Shown here: positions 38,921 to 46,911 of the stretch, one piece after another
How positions within the stretch are numbered: the first letter of the stretch is position 1
Layout of the letters: each line of letters starts with the position of its first letter
Virus record (IMG/VR): IMGVR_UViG_3300015263_000627
Direction: 5' to 3' (one strand)
DNA length: 64,000 bases
From: a virus
Notes under the pieces: model-generated
Databases searched by the model: none
The model's input: the letters and a program-made list of their open reading frames with translations, nothing else
Told to the model about the DNA's origin: nothing
Made by a program: the position numbers and the translations under genes

Positions 38921-39286
38921 ATGAAAGCAATCTTTAGGTATGATGAATTTTCACACCCACCGCGAATGATGATCAACATTCATGGTGCGCCTCATGAAAG
39001 GCAGCATCGTGAAGTTCTTCAAAAGTATCGCGATGATTTGACTGATGCTTTCAAAAGACAGTTGCCGAATGTTACAATTCCTATTGACCATCCGGTTGAC
39101 TTGGAAGTGTTTTTCACTAATCCGGCAAGTCCTGATTTGAACCATGTATTGACGGCATTGTTCGCCGCAATGGATGCAAAGTCATTGAAGGGTCCGTCTA
39201 TTTTGACTGATGATCGCCATATTCAAAAGGTGGTTATGTCGAAATATTATATCGGTAAGCCAACAAAAAGGGATAGTGTCCGATGA
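38921..39286 (+). CDS. RusA-like resolvase-fold protein (diverged)
   Basis: PVDLEVFF...PDLNHVLTALFAAMD...ILTDDRHI. Confidence 0.5.
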   Translation: MKAIFRYDEFSHPPRMMINIHGAPHERQHREVLQKYRDDLTDAFKRQLPNVTIPIDHPVDLEVFFTNPASPDLNHVLTALFAAMDAKSLKGPSILTDDRHIQKVVMSKYYIGKPTKRDSVR

Positions 39287-39549
39287 CGATTTGCCGAGTA
39301 TGTACGGGTAGCGGTTCATTTTTTGCCGTTCAACCTCATAATATGACGAAGAAAAAGGTTTACAAGTGGTTTCCCTGTCCGTCCTGTAATGGACTTGGAA
39401 CCATTGATGTGGATAGTCCTGCCAAGATTGTAATGCATCCTTTTCCCAAGGGCATTTCTAATAGGCTAAAAAGAAATCTACAAAAATTAAGGGAAGGTAG
39501 CGGGGAAGGTCCCCAAGCGGTCTTGAAAACCGCGCCACCGCAAGGTTGA
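39283..39549 (+). CDS. DnaJ-type Zn-finger small protein
   Basis: CRVCTGSG and CPSCNGLG; 3' end overlaps tRNA-Ser. Confidence 0.45.
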   Translation: MTICRVCTGSGSFFAVQPHNMTKKKVYKWFPCPSCNGLGTIDVDSPAKIVMHPFPKGISNRLKRNLQKLREGSGEGPQAVLKTAPPQG

Positions 39550-39575
39550 TAGTTCAATTCTATTGCCTTCCGCCA
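39492..39575 (+). tRNA. tRNA-Ser(TGA)
   Basis: gcggt-ctTGAaa-accgc; V arm; G73; CCA. Confidence 0.88.
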
Positions 39576-39579
39576 ATAT

Positions 39580-39666
39580 GGAAAATTAAATAGCCGGGGA
39601 GCTATCCACGCTTGGAAAGCGTGAGGCACTTAAATGTGTGTGGATCAAGACCACAGTTTTCCGCCA
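39580..39666 (+). tRNA. tRNA-Ser(GGA)
   Basis: cacgc-ttGGAaa-gcgtg; T loop ATCAAGA; CCA. Confidence 0.85.
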
Positions 39667-39750
39667 ATAACATATCACGCATACCCCAGTCGGGTCGTGT
39701 CCGTCAAGGTATTCGCTCACAACGTCAAGGCGGTGATATGTTTCATTTAT

Positions 39751-39838
39751 GGAAAGATAACCCATAAGGATATGGGGTGCGCCTCGAAAGCGTAACGATG
39801 ATTCAGTCATTGGGGATCAAGACCTCATCTTTCCGCCA
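39751..39838 (+). tRNA. tRNA-Ser(CGA)
   Basis: gcgc-ctCGAaa-gcgt; T loop ATCAAGA; CCA. Confidence 0.85.
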
Positions 39839-40075
39839 TTAGTCTATTGGGATTTCGCGCAAAAAAACCTGATAGGTGCGACACCTGCCTTGCGAGTGGT
39901 GTGACTTTGGGGAGAGTCCTGAGCCAATAGGTCCAGTTCGATATAGAACATACACAATATGTTTCTAATTCTATGTTCTGGCGAAAGTGTTTTGCAAACA
40001 GCCTAAATAAAATATCAGCACAAACACGGATGTAATGGAGTGCTAGTCGAGAGTTAGTAGCTTGACAAAGTTTAT

Positions 40076-40152
40076 AGCAGGTAGGACAAGGTAGATAAGT
40101 CGCCACTCTCATAAAGTGGAGAAAGTCGGGGCAGAGCCGACACCTGCAACCA
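40076..40152 (+). tRNA. tRNA with CAT anticodon (Met or Ile2)
   Basis: ccact-ctCATaa-agtgg; 1:72 mismatch; T loop GGCAGAG; CCA. Confidence 0.8.
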
Positions 40153-40239
40153 ATAATCTGGTACTGATCATACGTCACCTAAAGACATAGGACCGATCAG
40201 CTAAGAGAAAGTATGCGATACTGCCGGATTTTTAATAAT

Positions 40240-40328
40240 GAGTAGGTATCAAGCTCGACGGCAAGGAGCAAGCGGTCTGTAAAACCGATCCCATATGGGC
40301 GGGGGTTCGACTCCTCACCTACTCACCA
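40240..40328 (+). tRNA. tRNA-Tyr(GTA)
   Basis: cggt-ctGTAaa-accg; V arm; 8-bp acceptor / 4-bp T stem fits best; CCA. Confidence 0.82.
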
Positions 40329-40332
40329 TTAC

Positions 40333-40406
40333 GCGGGCGAAGGATTACGGCAGTCTTAGGCGTTGCCAACGCTTCGGCGTGGGTTCGACTCCCACCGTCC
40401 GCACCA
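40333..40406 (+). tRNA. tRNA-Gly(GCC)
   Basis: aggcg-ttGCCaa-cgctt; CCA. Confidence 0.88.
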
Positions 40407-40411
40407 ATAAA

Positions 40412-40487
40412 GCCTTTTGAGCAAGTATGGTTATTGCACCTGTCTGAAGAACAGTGGAACTCCGTTCGATTCGGGGAAAAGGCACCA
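40412..40487 (+). tRNA. tRNA-Phe(GAA)
   Basis: ctgt-ctGAAga-acag; CCA. Confidence 0.88.
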
Positions 40488-40562
40488 TTAGATAGGATAC
40501 CGGTATCCTCCATGTAGATATGGTGGCAGTTAAGGCTGTCGAGTAAAGCCGGGGCTATAATT

Positions 40563-40640
40563 GGGGTGCGGGATTGCATAGGGTGATCGCCTGCCTTGCA
40601 AGCAGGAATCAGCGGGGGGCAGTACCCCGGCACTCCACCA
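40563..40640 (+). tRNA. tRNA-Ala(TGC)
   Basis: cctgc-ctTGCaa-gcagg; G3:U70; CCA. Confidence 0.9.
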
Positions 40641-40647
40641 ATTTTAT

Positions 40648-40722
40648 TCTATCGTACTCAACTGGTAAGAGAAGTGGCTGTTAACCACCGATATGTAGGT
40701 TCGAATCCTACCGATAGAGCCA
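40648..40722 (+). tRNA. tRNA-Asn(GTT)
   Basis: gtgg-ctGTTaa-ccac; CCA. Confidence 0.9.
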
Positions 40723-40726
40723 ATAT

Positions 40727-40801
40727 GCTGCTTTCGTCTAACGATCAGGACACCGCCCTCTCAAGGCGGAAACGTGGGGTGAGTACCCGCAAGCAGCGCC
40801 A
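40727..40801 (+). tRNA. tRNA-Glu(CTC)
   Basis: ccgcc-ctCTCaa-ggcgg; T loop GTGAGTA; CCA. Confidence 0.87.
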
Positions 40802-40804
40802 ATT

Positions 40805-41132
40805 TCGGAAGCGTAGATGATCGCGCTACGGTGAGGAAAGTCGGGTCTGCTAATACAACCGTAATGGGTAACGCCCATCCACAGTAATGTGAGGATTAGA
40901 GCTACAGGGACGATCCTATTAAGTTAGGGATGAAACGAGCAATCTCTACGGGCAGCAATCTCAAGTTCTCCGAAGGGTATGTATTCCCATCACTTAAATG
41001 TGTGTTAGGTAATGGTAGAGAGCAAAGACCTAAATGGAAACGTTTGGGCAAGTCAAATGATCGTCATATATTGATTATAATACGACCATTTCTATAATCA
41101 ATATGAACAGAAACCCGCTTATTCGCTTCCGA
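40805..41132 (+). ncRNA. rnpB: RNase P RNA (bacterial type, compact)
   Basis: P1 tcggaagcg/cgcttccga; CR-I GAGGAAAGTCGGG; gggtaacgccc (P8); TGAAACG; CR-V AACAGAAACCCGCTTAT. Confidence 0.88.
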
Positions 41133-41225
41133 GAAATACTTACCGGGATAAATACCATGTATATCCCGGCATGGCTCGTCCGGGATTTTTTATTTTAGAG
41201 CCATAATAATAAAGAGGTAAAATAC

Positions 41226-41528
41226 ATGGTTCTTCCTATTGTAGTAGCTGCTGTTGTTGCTGGTTCGCTAGTAACAAGTGGAATTGTTGTTCATGAAAGG
41301 AATCCTGTTGTTGGAAATGTTCTAATTGGAGCCGGGGTTGGAACTATTATCGGCGGTGGTCTTGGAACTGCTGCTGGTGCTGGTTTCAGTGTCGCTACTG
41401 GAGCAACAACCGGAGGAGTTATTGGAGGTATTGGCGGCGTTGTCGTTGGTCCTCATGTTTCTTATGCAAAGACAAGATATGTGGTATCACATTATCCTGA
41501 TCCGGCGAAAAATATAAGTGGTTACTAA
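41226..41528 (+). CDS. Glycine-zipper membrane protein
   Basis: Repeated GxxxG motifs; late promoter at 41147; RBS GAGGT. Confidence 0.65.
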   Translation: MVLPIVVAAVVAGSLVTSGIVVHERNPVVGNVLIGAGVGTIIGGGLGTAAGAGFSVATGATTGGVIGGIGGVVVGPHVSYAKTRYVVSHYPDPAKNISGY

Positions 41529-41588
41529 TTTTATCACGTAAAAATTTACTAATACCGGTTGGGGGGACCACAATCCCCCCAATCATTT

Positions 41589-41664
41589 GGTTCCATAGTT
41601 TAACTGGATAAATCACAACCCTGCGAAGGTTGAGTTCCGTGTTCGAGTCACGGTGGAACCTCCA
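41589..41664 (+). tRNA. tRNA-Arg(GCG)
   Basis: caacc-ctGCGaa-ggttg; A20; CCA. Confidence 0.88.
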
Positions 41665-41668
41665 TTTC

Positions 41669-41750
41669 GCGCATATATCCCCTCACGCTTCGAACGTGAA
41701 CAAAGGTAACTGGAAGGAAGATACGGGTTCGAATCCTGTTATGCGCTCCA
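41669..41750 (+). tRNA. Rearranged tRNA-Arg(TCG)-like RNA
   Basis: Acceptor gcgcata/tatgcgc, cacg-ctTCGaa-cgtg, canonical T arm, CCA; D-loop motif AACTGG lies 3' of the anticodon arm. Confidence 0.7.
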
Positions 41751-42098
41751 TTTAAATCTGCCAGCATGGAATTTGCGATGGCAATTTGCACAAAAAACAA
41801 TACACTTAGAAACTTCGTCTAATATACGTTCTTTAGTGCTACCATTAGCTAATAATCTTGATATGGTATTATCTTTTATTTTTGGGTTCATATGATGAAA
41901 ATCTAAACAAGAAAAATCATCTTCACCACAACGAACACAATTATATTGAGGCATAATTTCTTCTCGAAACCATTTCTTTTTAGCTTGTTTGTTTGTGAAG
42001 GAACGTTTATAAACTTTTTTTTTATTTCGTATGTAAGATTCATGAGCAGCTTGTTTCTGTTTTATAGGGTCTTTATAAGGCATAGTATCTCCTATCAA
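41739..42098 (-). mobile_element. HNH endonuclease in the tRNA array
   Basis: CVRCGE...LDFHH...KCIVFCANCHRKFH; late promoter on - strand at ~42110. Confidence 0.85.
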
Positions 42099-42154
42099 AT
42101 GATACTATCTATTTAGGGTTCAAATTTTCAAAATTTTTTGAACCATCAATTCAA

Positions 42155-42230
42155 CTGGGTGAATATCGTGCTAGAAGATTACTTGCCTTGGAAGCAAGTG
42201 GACGAGGGGCAGAGCCTCGCACCCAGACCA
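42155..42230 (+). tRNA. tRNA-Pro(TGG)
   Basis: cttgc-ctTGGaa-gcaag; T loop GGCAGAG; CCA. Confidence 0.85.
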
Positions 42231-42317
42231 ATTCGTGTTATTAAATATGCCCGCTAGTTAGCGGCTCGTATCAGTCCATGGCTCTGATCGAAACGAGAAA
42301 ACAACAATAACACGAAT
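42231..42317 (+). ncRNA. Unassigned three-way-junction RNA
   Basis: attcgtgtta/taacacgaat closes ccgct/agcgg and ctcgt-atcag/ctgat-acgag. Confidence 0.5.
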
Positions 42318-42324
42318 GCTATAA

Positions 42325-42399
42325 TGCCGTTTAGTTCAATGATAGAACGTCACGCTCTGAACGTGAATGTCGGTGGTTTGATTCCATCAACGGCAGCCA
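42325..42399 (+). tRNA. tRNA-Gln(CTG)
   Basis: tcacg-ctCTGaa-cgtga; U1-A72; CCA. Confidence 0.88.
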
Positions 42400-42400
42400 A

Positions 42401-42535
42401 TTAGGCGTTGAGAATAGCTTTTCCGCCTAGATATGCCAATGCTCCAATACCAACAATCGGCAATGTAGCAATATATACTAAGCCGATGAATGGAGCCGCA
42501 AAGAATAAAGCAATATTTTTAATTTTGGTACGCAT
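42401..42535 (-). CDS. 44-aa membrane peptide
   Basis: RBS AAGGAAG; MRTKIKNIALFFAAPFIGLVYIATLPIVGIGALAYLGG. Confidence 0.55.
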   Translation of the reverse strand: MRTKIKNIALFFAAPFIGLVYIATLPIVGIGALAYLGGKAILNA

Positions 42536-42606
42536 AATTTTCTTCCTTTCTACTGGACTCGTTGCATAATTTGTGCCAACGAATGTCCTCCAAAATATAG
42601 AAGGAA

Positions 42607-42635
42607 TTGACTTACCAAACAACATATGGTATAAT
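42607..42635 (+). promoter_or_regulatory. Sigma70 promoter inside the tRNA array
   Basis: TTGACT-17-TATAAT. Confidence 0.72.
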
Positions 42636-42675
42636 AGCGTATAACAAAATTATTCGAAGTATGAAAAAGATATAT

Positions 42676-42750
42676 GAACTAGTGCCGGAATTGGCTACGG
42701 GGCGGTCTGCAAAATCGTTTATAGGGGTTCGAACCCCCTCTAGTTCTCCA
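42676..42750 (+). tRNA. tRNA-Cys(GCA)
   Basis: gcggt-ctGCAaa-atcgt; U73; CCA. Confidence 0.9.
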
Positions 42751-42755
42751 ATAGT

Positions 42756-42837
42756 ACCCATGTAACCGAGTCTGCCTTCTAAGCAGTTAATCGTAGTGGA
42801 GTTGAAAACGGGGGTTCAAATCCCTCCATGGGTTCCA
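42756..42837 (+). tRNA. Rearranged tRNA-Arg(TCT)-like RNA
   Basis: acccatg/catgggt, ctgc-ctTCTaa-gcag, TAGTGGA D-loop motif 3' of the anticodon arm, T arm, CCA. Confidence 0.7.
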
Positions 42838-42909
42838 GTTAGAGGTTTTTTATGTATCAAAATATCAATGAATATATGCAATATGGTTTTTATTCTGGAA
42901 GAACTATTT

Positions 42910-42985
42910 ACTCGCGTAGTTCAGTGGAAAGAACGACAATTTCCTAAATTGTTGGTCCCCGGTTCGATCCCGGGCGCGAGTTCCA
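42910..42985 (+). tRNA. tRNA-Arg(CCT)
   Basis: acaat-ttCCTaa-attgt; CCA. Confidence 0.9.
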
Positions 42986-42989
42986 ATTC

Positions 42990-43074
42990 GCCTTAGTATC
43001 GGACCTGTTGTTCTAAACAGGCAAATAATAAACCGTAATGGACTATAGGGGTTCGATTCCCCTCTAAGGCTCCA
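42990..43074 (+). tRNA. Third rearranged tRNA-like RNA (TCT in an 8-nt loop)
   Basis: gccttag/ctaaggc, cctgt-tgtTCTaa-acagg, TAATGG motif 3', agggg-ttcgatt-cccct, CCA. Confidence 0.6.
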
Positions 43075-43089
43075 TTAGAAAGGTAAATC

Positions 43090-43704
43090 ATGGTTACGCT
43101 AATTGGTGACGTTCACGGCAAATATGGTGAATATAAACAAATTATAAAAAGGCATAAAAATTCTATTGCCTTGGGAGATATGGGACTTGGATTTTTCCGT
43201 TTTGATCATCATGAAGGGAAAATTCCAATGGCTAATCCTCCGTATGATTACATGGTGAAATATAATGCTCGATTTATTCGAGGCAACCATGATAATCCGG
43301 AAGTTTGTAAAAAACATACCCAATGGATACCGGATGGAACTATCGAAGGTGATATGTTCTTTCTTGGCGGGGCATTTTCAATAGATCATATGTATCGTCT
43401 TGAAGGGTATAGCTGGTGGAAAGATGAAGAATTGTCACATGAAGAATTTGACAAGATCATCGATCCCTACCGGAAAGCTAAACCAAGAATTGTGATAACT
43501 CATGATTGTCCTTTGCGGATGGTTCCTTATGTTGGTTCACACCATATTAGGGACAATTCGAGAACTCAACAATTCCTGCAATCATTGTTCGAGTTTCATC
43601 AACCCGAATATTGGTATTTTGGTCATCACCATAAGTCATGGAAGATGATTTCAGATAAAACAACATTCCGATGTTTAGCTGAACTTGAGACATTGGAAAT
43701 CTAA
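43090..43704 (+). CDS. Calcineurin-like metallophosphoesterase
   Basis: GDVHG, LGD.G, RGNHD, ITHDCP, FGHHH. Confidence 0.88.
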   Translation: MVTLIGDVHGKYGEYKQIIKRHKNSIALGDMGLGFFRFDHHEGKIPMANPPYDYMVKYNARFIRGNHDNPEVCKKHTQWIPDGTIEGDMFFLGGAFSIDHMYRLEGYSWWKDEELSHEEFDKIIDPYRKAKPRIVITHDCPLRMVPYVGSHHIRDNSRTQQFLQSLFEFHQPEYWYFGHHHKSWKMISDKTTFRCLAELETLEI

Positions 43705-43850
43705 CCGTTGTCGGGGCAACGTAAATAATCCCCCCTCAATTGAGGTTCTACCCGAATACGAAGTGCATAGCCACCGTCGCACCAACCAAGGATATCGGGA
43801 GACATTCGGTTCAAAGGCGTGAGAACCAGCAATTAGAAATAGAGATAAAA

Positions 43851-43936
43851 GGAATGAACAAGCCGAGAGGATCGGCAACTGTTTGCTAAACAGATTGTTC
43901 CGAGAGGAATACGGTTCGAATCCGTGTCATTCCGCC
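43851..43936 (+). tRNA. tRNA-Ser(GCT)
   Basis: ctgt-ttGCTaa-acag; V arm; CCA. Confidence 0.87.
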
Positions 43937-43942
43937 AATAAT

Positions 43943-44017
43943 GCGCGCGTGGGTCATTGGTTGATCGTCAGCCTTCCAAGCTGTTCCAAGCGGGTTCGAT
44001 TCCCGCCGCCCGCTCCA
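43943..44017 (+). tRNA. tRNA-Gly(TCC)
   Basis: cagc-ctTCCaa-gctg; U73; CCA. Confidence 0.88.
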
Positions 44018-44038
44018 ATTCAGATAATGGGGATAACA

Positions 44039-44411
44039 ATGTTCAAATGGATAAAGTCGTTCTTTGAACCAAAGAAAAAGGTGCCACATAATGGCATGAG
44101 AGCCTATGATAAAGGATTTGATATAAATGATAATCCTTTCTGGAAAAACACGGTTCAATATGTAATTTGGCGCAAGGATTACATTTTTGCGTCACAATAT
44201 CCAAAGGTGAAGAAAGATGTTAACATACAGTCAACTAAACCAAGAGTGTGAACGATGGCGAAATCGCTATCTATCATCCGATGCTGGTAGTATAGTTGAA
44301 GTAAGCAAGGAACAAATTCGATTGATCTATCTTTCGCTTGCTGCTGCTAAGGCGCGGCATTACAATGATAAGGTTGATCCGGAATTTGTAGAGTTAGATA
44401 AGAGTTTATAG
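44039..44411 (+). CDS. Two small ORFs (44039-44251, 44217-44411)
   Basis: Between tRNA-Gly and tRNA-Gln. Confidence 0.45.
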
Positions 44412-44483
44412 GGGATTCGTTCAATGGTAGGACGGCAGACTTTGAATCTGCCTACGTGGGTTCGATTCCTACATCCCCTTCCA
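44410..44483 (+). tRNA. tRNA-Gln(TTG)
   Basis: gcaga-ctTTGaa-tctgc; CCA. Confidence 0.9.
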
Positions 44484-44487
44484 ATAT

Positions 44488-44561
44488 GGCGGTAGTTCGC
44501 TGGCGAACGGGCATTGCTCATAACGATGCACAGGTGGGATCGTCACCCACAACCGCTACCA
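44488..44561 (+). tRNA. tRNA-Met(CAT)
   Basis: gcattg-ctCATaa-cgatgc; T loop ATCGTCA; CCA. Confidence 0.8.
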
Positions 44562-44565
44562 ATAA

Positions 44566-44642
44566 GCTGGCTATGCTCGATGGCAATGAGCGGCGTGTCT
44601 GTGAAACACGAATATTCGGTTCGAATCCGATAGCCAGTACCA
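44566..44642 (+). tRNA. tRNA-His(GTG)
   Basis: cgtgt-ctGTGaa-acacg; A73, no G-1; CCA. Confidence 0.87.
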
Positions 44643-45048
44643 ATTAATGTAGCTTTAACGCCATAGCTATCCGCTGCCGATGAACATGATCGTATCGGGC
44701 TACATTTGCACAAAACAAAGGGATATCCTTTGTTTCGATAATAGGAGTATCAATATGGAGCCTTTCTCATAGCTTGCCATCTTTCACTAGATGGTAAGCG
44801 GTTATAAGTAAAGATACCCATCTTTCCCGCTTACTAAGAGGGTAAGATGCGAGACTACAATAACTATAAACCGTATCGGACAAAGGCTCAAAAAGCCGTT
44901 GCCCGCGCTACGGCAAAAAAGGTAAACGGAACTTGGGTGTCGAATGCCCCAAGGTCCTTTCACGCAAGAAAGGAAAAAACATGTTCCACAATGAGGCTTT
45001 CCAATGAAGTAATGAGCCAATCCCGGCTCTTATTCATAGGAGAGCAAA

Positions 45049-45255
45049 ATGCCCGTCAATCAGCCCATCAAACAGAAGGCTAAGAAGGGTAAAAAACAAC
45101 GTAAAGTTGGTCGCAACGCCAAGTATTGTCAATTCTATGCGTTGACCCATCGTCGGGAGAAAAATAAAGTGATTCGTCTTAAAAAACACTTGAAATATTT
45201 TCCCACTGATCATTGTGCCATTAATGCCATGGATCGTTACAAGAGCATGGTATGA
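45049..45255 (+). CDS. Small basic protein
   Basis: RBS AGGAG; K/R-rich. Confidence 0.55.
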   Translation: MPVNQPIKQKAKKGKKQRKVGRNAKYCQFYALTHRREKNKVIRLKKHLKYFPTDHCAINAMDRYKSMV

Positions 45256-45278
45256 GAGCTATTTGATATAACAACAAA

Positions 45279-45307
45279 GCCGTCCCTCCGGGGGCGGCTT
45301 TTTTTTT
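45279..45307 (+). terminator. Rho-independent terminator
   Basis: gccgtccc-tccg-ggggcggc followed by a long T run. Confidence 0.8.
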
Positions 45308-45319
45308 GCCTAATTTGCC

Positions 45320-45348
45320 TTGACTCCTCCCGATTTTTGTGCTATCAT
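45320..45348 (+). promoter_or_regulatory. Sigma70 promoter for a leaderless map transcript
   Basis: TTGACT-17-TATCAT; ATG 6 nt later. Confidence 0.7.
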
Positions 45349-45353
45349 AAGTC

Positions 45354-46118
45354 ATGAAAAATGATGACTATAATGAAAAATTTATAAAGATGCGGGCAAT
45401 TGGGCTTCATGCCGCCCAATGTTTGGATGTAATTGAAGGTGAGATAGTCCCCGGAATGTCCACCCAAGACATTGATGATATAGTTGTAAAGTATGCTAAA
45501 GAAAATAATTTGATATGTGCGCCTTTAAATTATAAAGGATTTCCAAAAAGTTGTTGTACGAGTGTAAATCACACGATATGCCATGGCATTCCCAAATCCA
45601 ATAAAATTCTAAAAGAGGGGGATATTGTAAAGGTCGATATTACCTTCAAGGATAAAGAGGGATGGCATGGTGATACCTGTAAGACATTTGCAATTGGGAA
45701 CGTTTCGGTCAAGGCAAACAAGTTAATCAAGATAACTGAACATGCCTTGACCTTGGGTATCAAAGAGTCCCGCGCCGGGAACAGGATCGGAGATATTGGG
45801 CGAGTTATTCAGGATTATGTCGAAGGTGAAGGATTTTCGGTAGTCAAGGAATATGTCGGGCATGGTATCGGGCAGGGTTTCCATATGCTTCCCCATATCT
45901 ATCATTACGCTCGCCCATGGAAAAATGATATGGATACGAAACTGGAACCCGGAATGATCTTTACAATTGAGCCAATGGTTAATATCGGAACCGCTAAAAC
46001 AAAGGTTTTAAGAGACAAATGGTCCGTTGTGACCCGGGATCGATTATATTCAGCCCAATTCGAACATACTATTGGGATAACCGAAGGTGATCCTATTATA
46101 TTTACGGAAAAAGCATGA
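45354..46118 (+). CDS. map: Methionine aminopeptidase type I
   Basis: CTSVNH.ICHGIP, GDIVKVD, GWHGDT, GHGIG, FTIEPM, SAQFEHT. Confidence 0.93.
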   Translation: MKNDDYNEKFIKMRAIGLHAAQCLDVIEGEIVPGMSTQDIDDIVVKYAKENNLICAPLNYKGFPKSCCTSVNHTICHGIPKSNKILKEGDIVKVDITFKDKEGWHGDTCKTFAIGNVSVKANKLIKITEHALTLGIKESRAGNRIGDIGRVIQDYVEGEGFSVVKEYVGHGIGQGFHMLPHIYHYARPWKNDMDTKLEPGMIFTIEPMVNIGTAKTKVLRDKWSVVTRDRLYSAQFEHTIGITEGDPIIFTEKA

Positions 46119-46863
46119 TATATGATTATGGTTTAGAGAAACTACGTAAAGAATATCGAACAAAAGATGGTCAATTTGAAGTAATTCAATCAGATGGAGA
46201 AGGATATAAAGTTTATTGGTCTTTATTGAAATATAACCCCACCGAATTAATTTGTGAAACTCCAAATTTGGATTTCGCTATAAAGATTACCGATGCTTTG
46301 AATAGAGAGAGAAAATAAAATGGAAATTATAATCACATTAGTAGTATGGTATGTAATGGGATTTATTTCATGTGTGTTAATACTTATTTTAGCACAAAAT
46401 GAAAAAATCAGATTCAATAAAGAAATGAGAGTAAAATATATAGATTATTTTGCTCCAGAATATTTTCCTCTTACAAAAGAATTTACTGTTGGAGATTTAA
46501 TATTTTGTTTGATTTTCGGATTAGCAGGAATATTTCTTACTGTTATCTTGATAATCTCATTAATTGTTTATTTTTTCACCAGTGGAATCGGTAAAAAAAT
46601 TGGAAAGAAGATAAAAAAGTTTTTTGATTATAAATTATGGGAAAGCCATGAAGAATAAACTAAACGACGATATTACAAAACAAACCCGCAATCTTCTCAA
46701 TCTTATAATGCTAATCCAACGTAAATGTCGTGAAAACAATCTATGGTTGGGAGCCGGATGTGATCCTTATAAAGAAATGACCGATGAAGATCAGCAAGGT
46801 CCCTTGGTAACAAAGATGTATGCCATGGTAAAAGAGCTTCGAAAAAACCTAAATAAACGATAA
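46115..46863 (+). CDS. Three small ORFs (46115-46318, 46320-46658 membrane, 46624-46863)
   Basis: Coupled + strand ORFs. Confidence 0.45.
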
Positions 46864-46911
46864 TTCCTTCCTTCTTAATCCCCACATTTTAACTAAACAT
46901 GGAGAAAAACT

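Noticed and set aside
40153-40232. Hammerhead ribozyme (CTGATCA...GAAA...stem)
   Set aside because: The core has C at G8 and G at the cleavage position; ctgatc pairs with gatcag instead
34648-44647. ORFs overlapping tRNAs, the GOLLD-like RNA and RNase P (e.g. 35253-35525, 36238-36468, 37731-38012, 43883-44251, 44456-44647)
   Set aside because: Explained by the RNA genes; translations are nonsense-like
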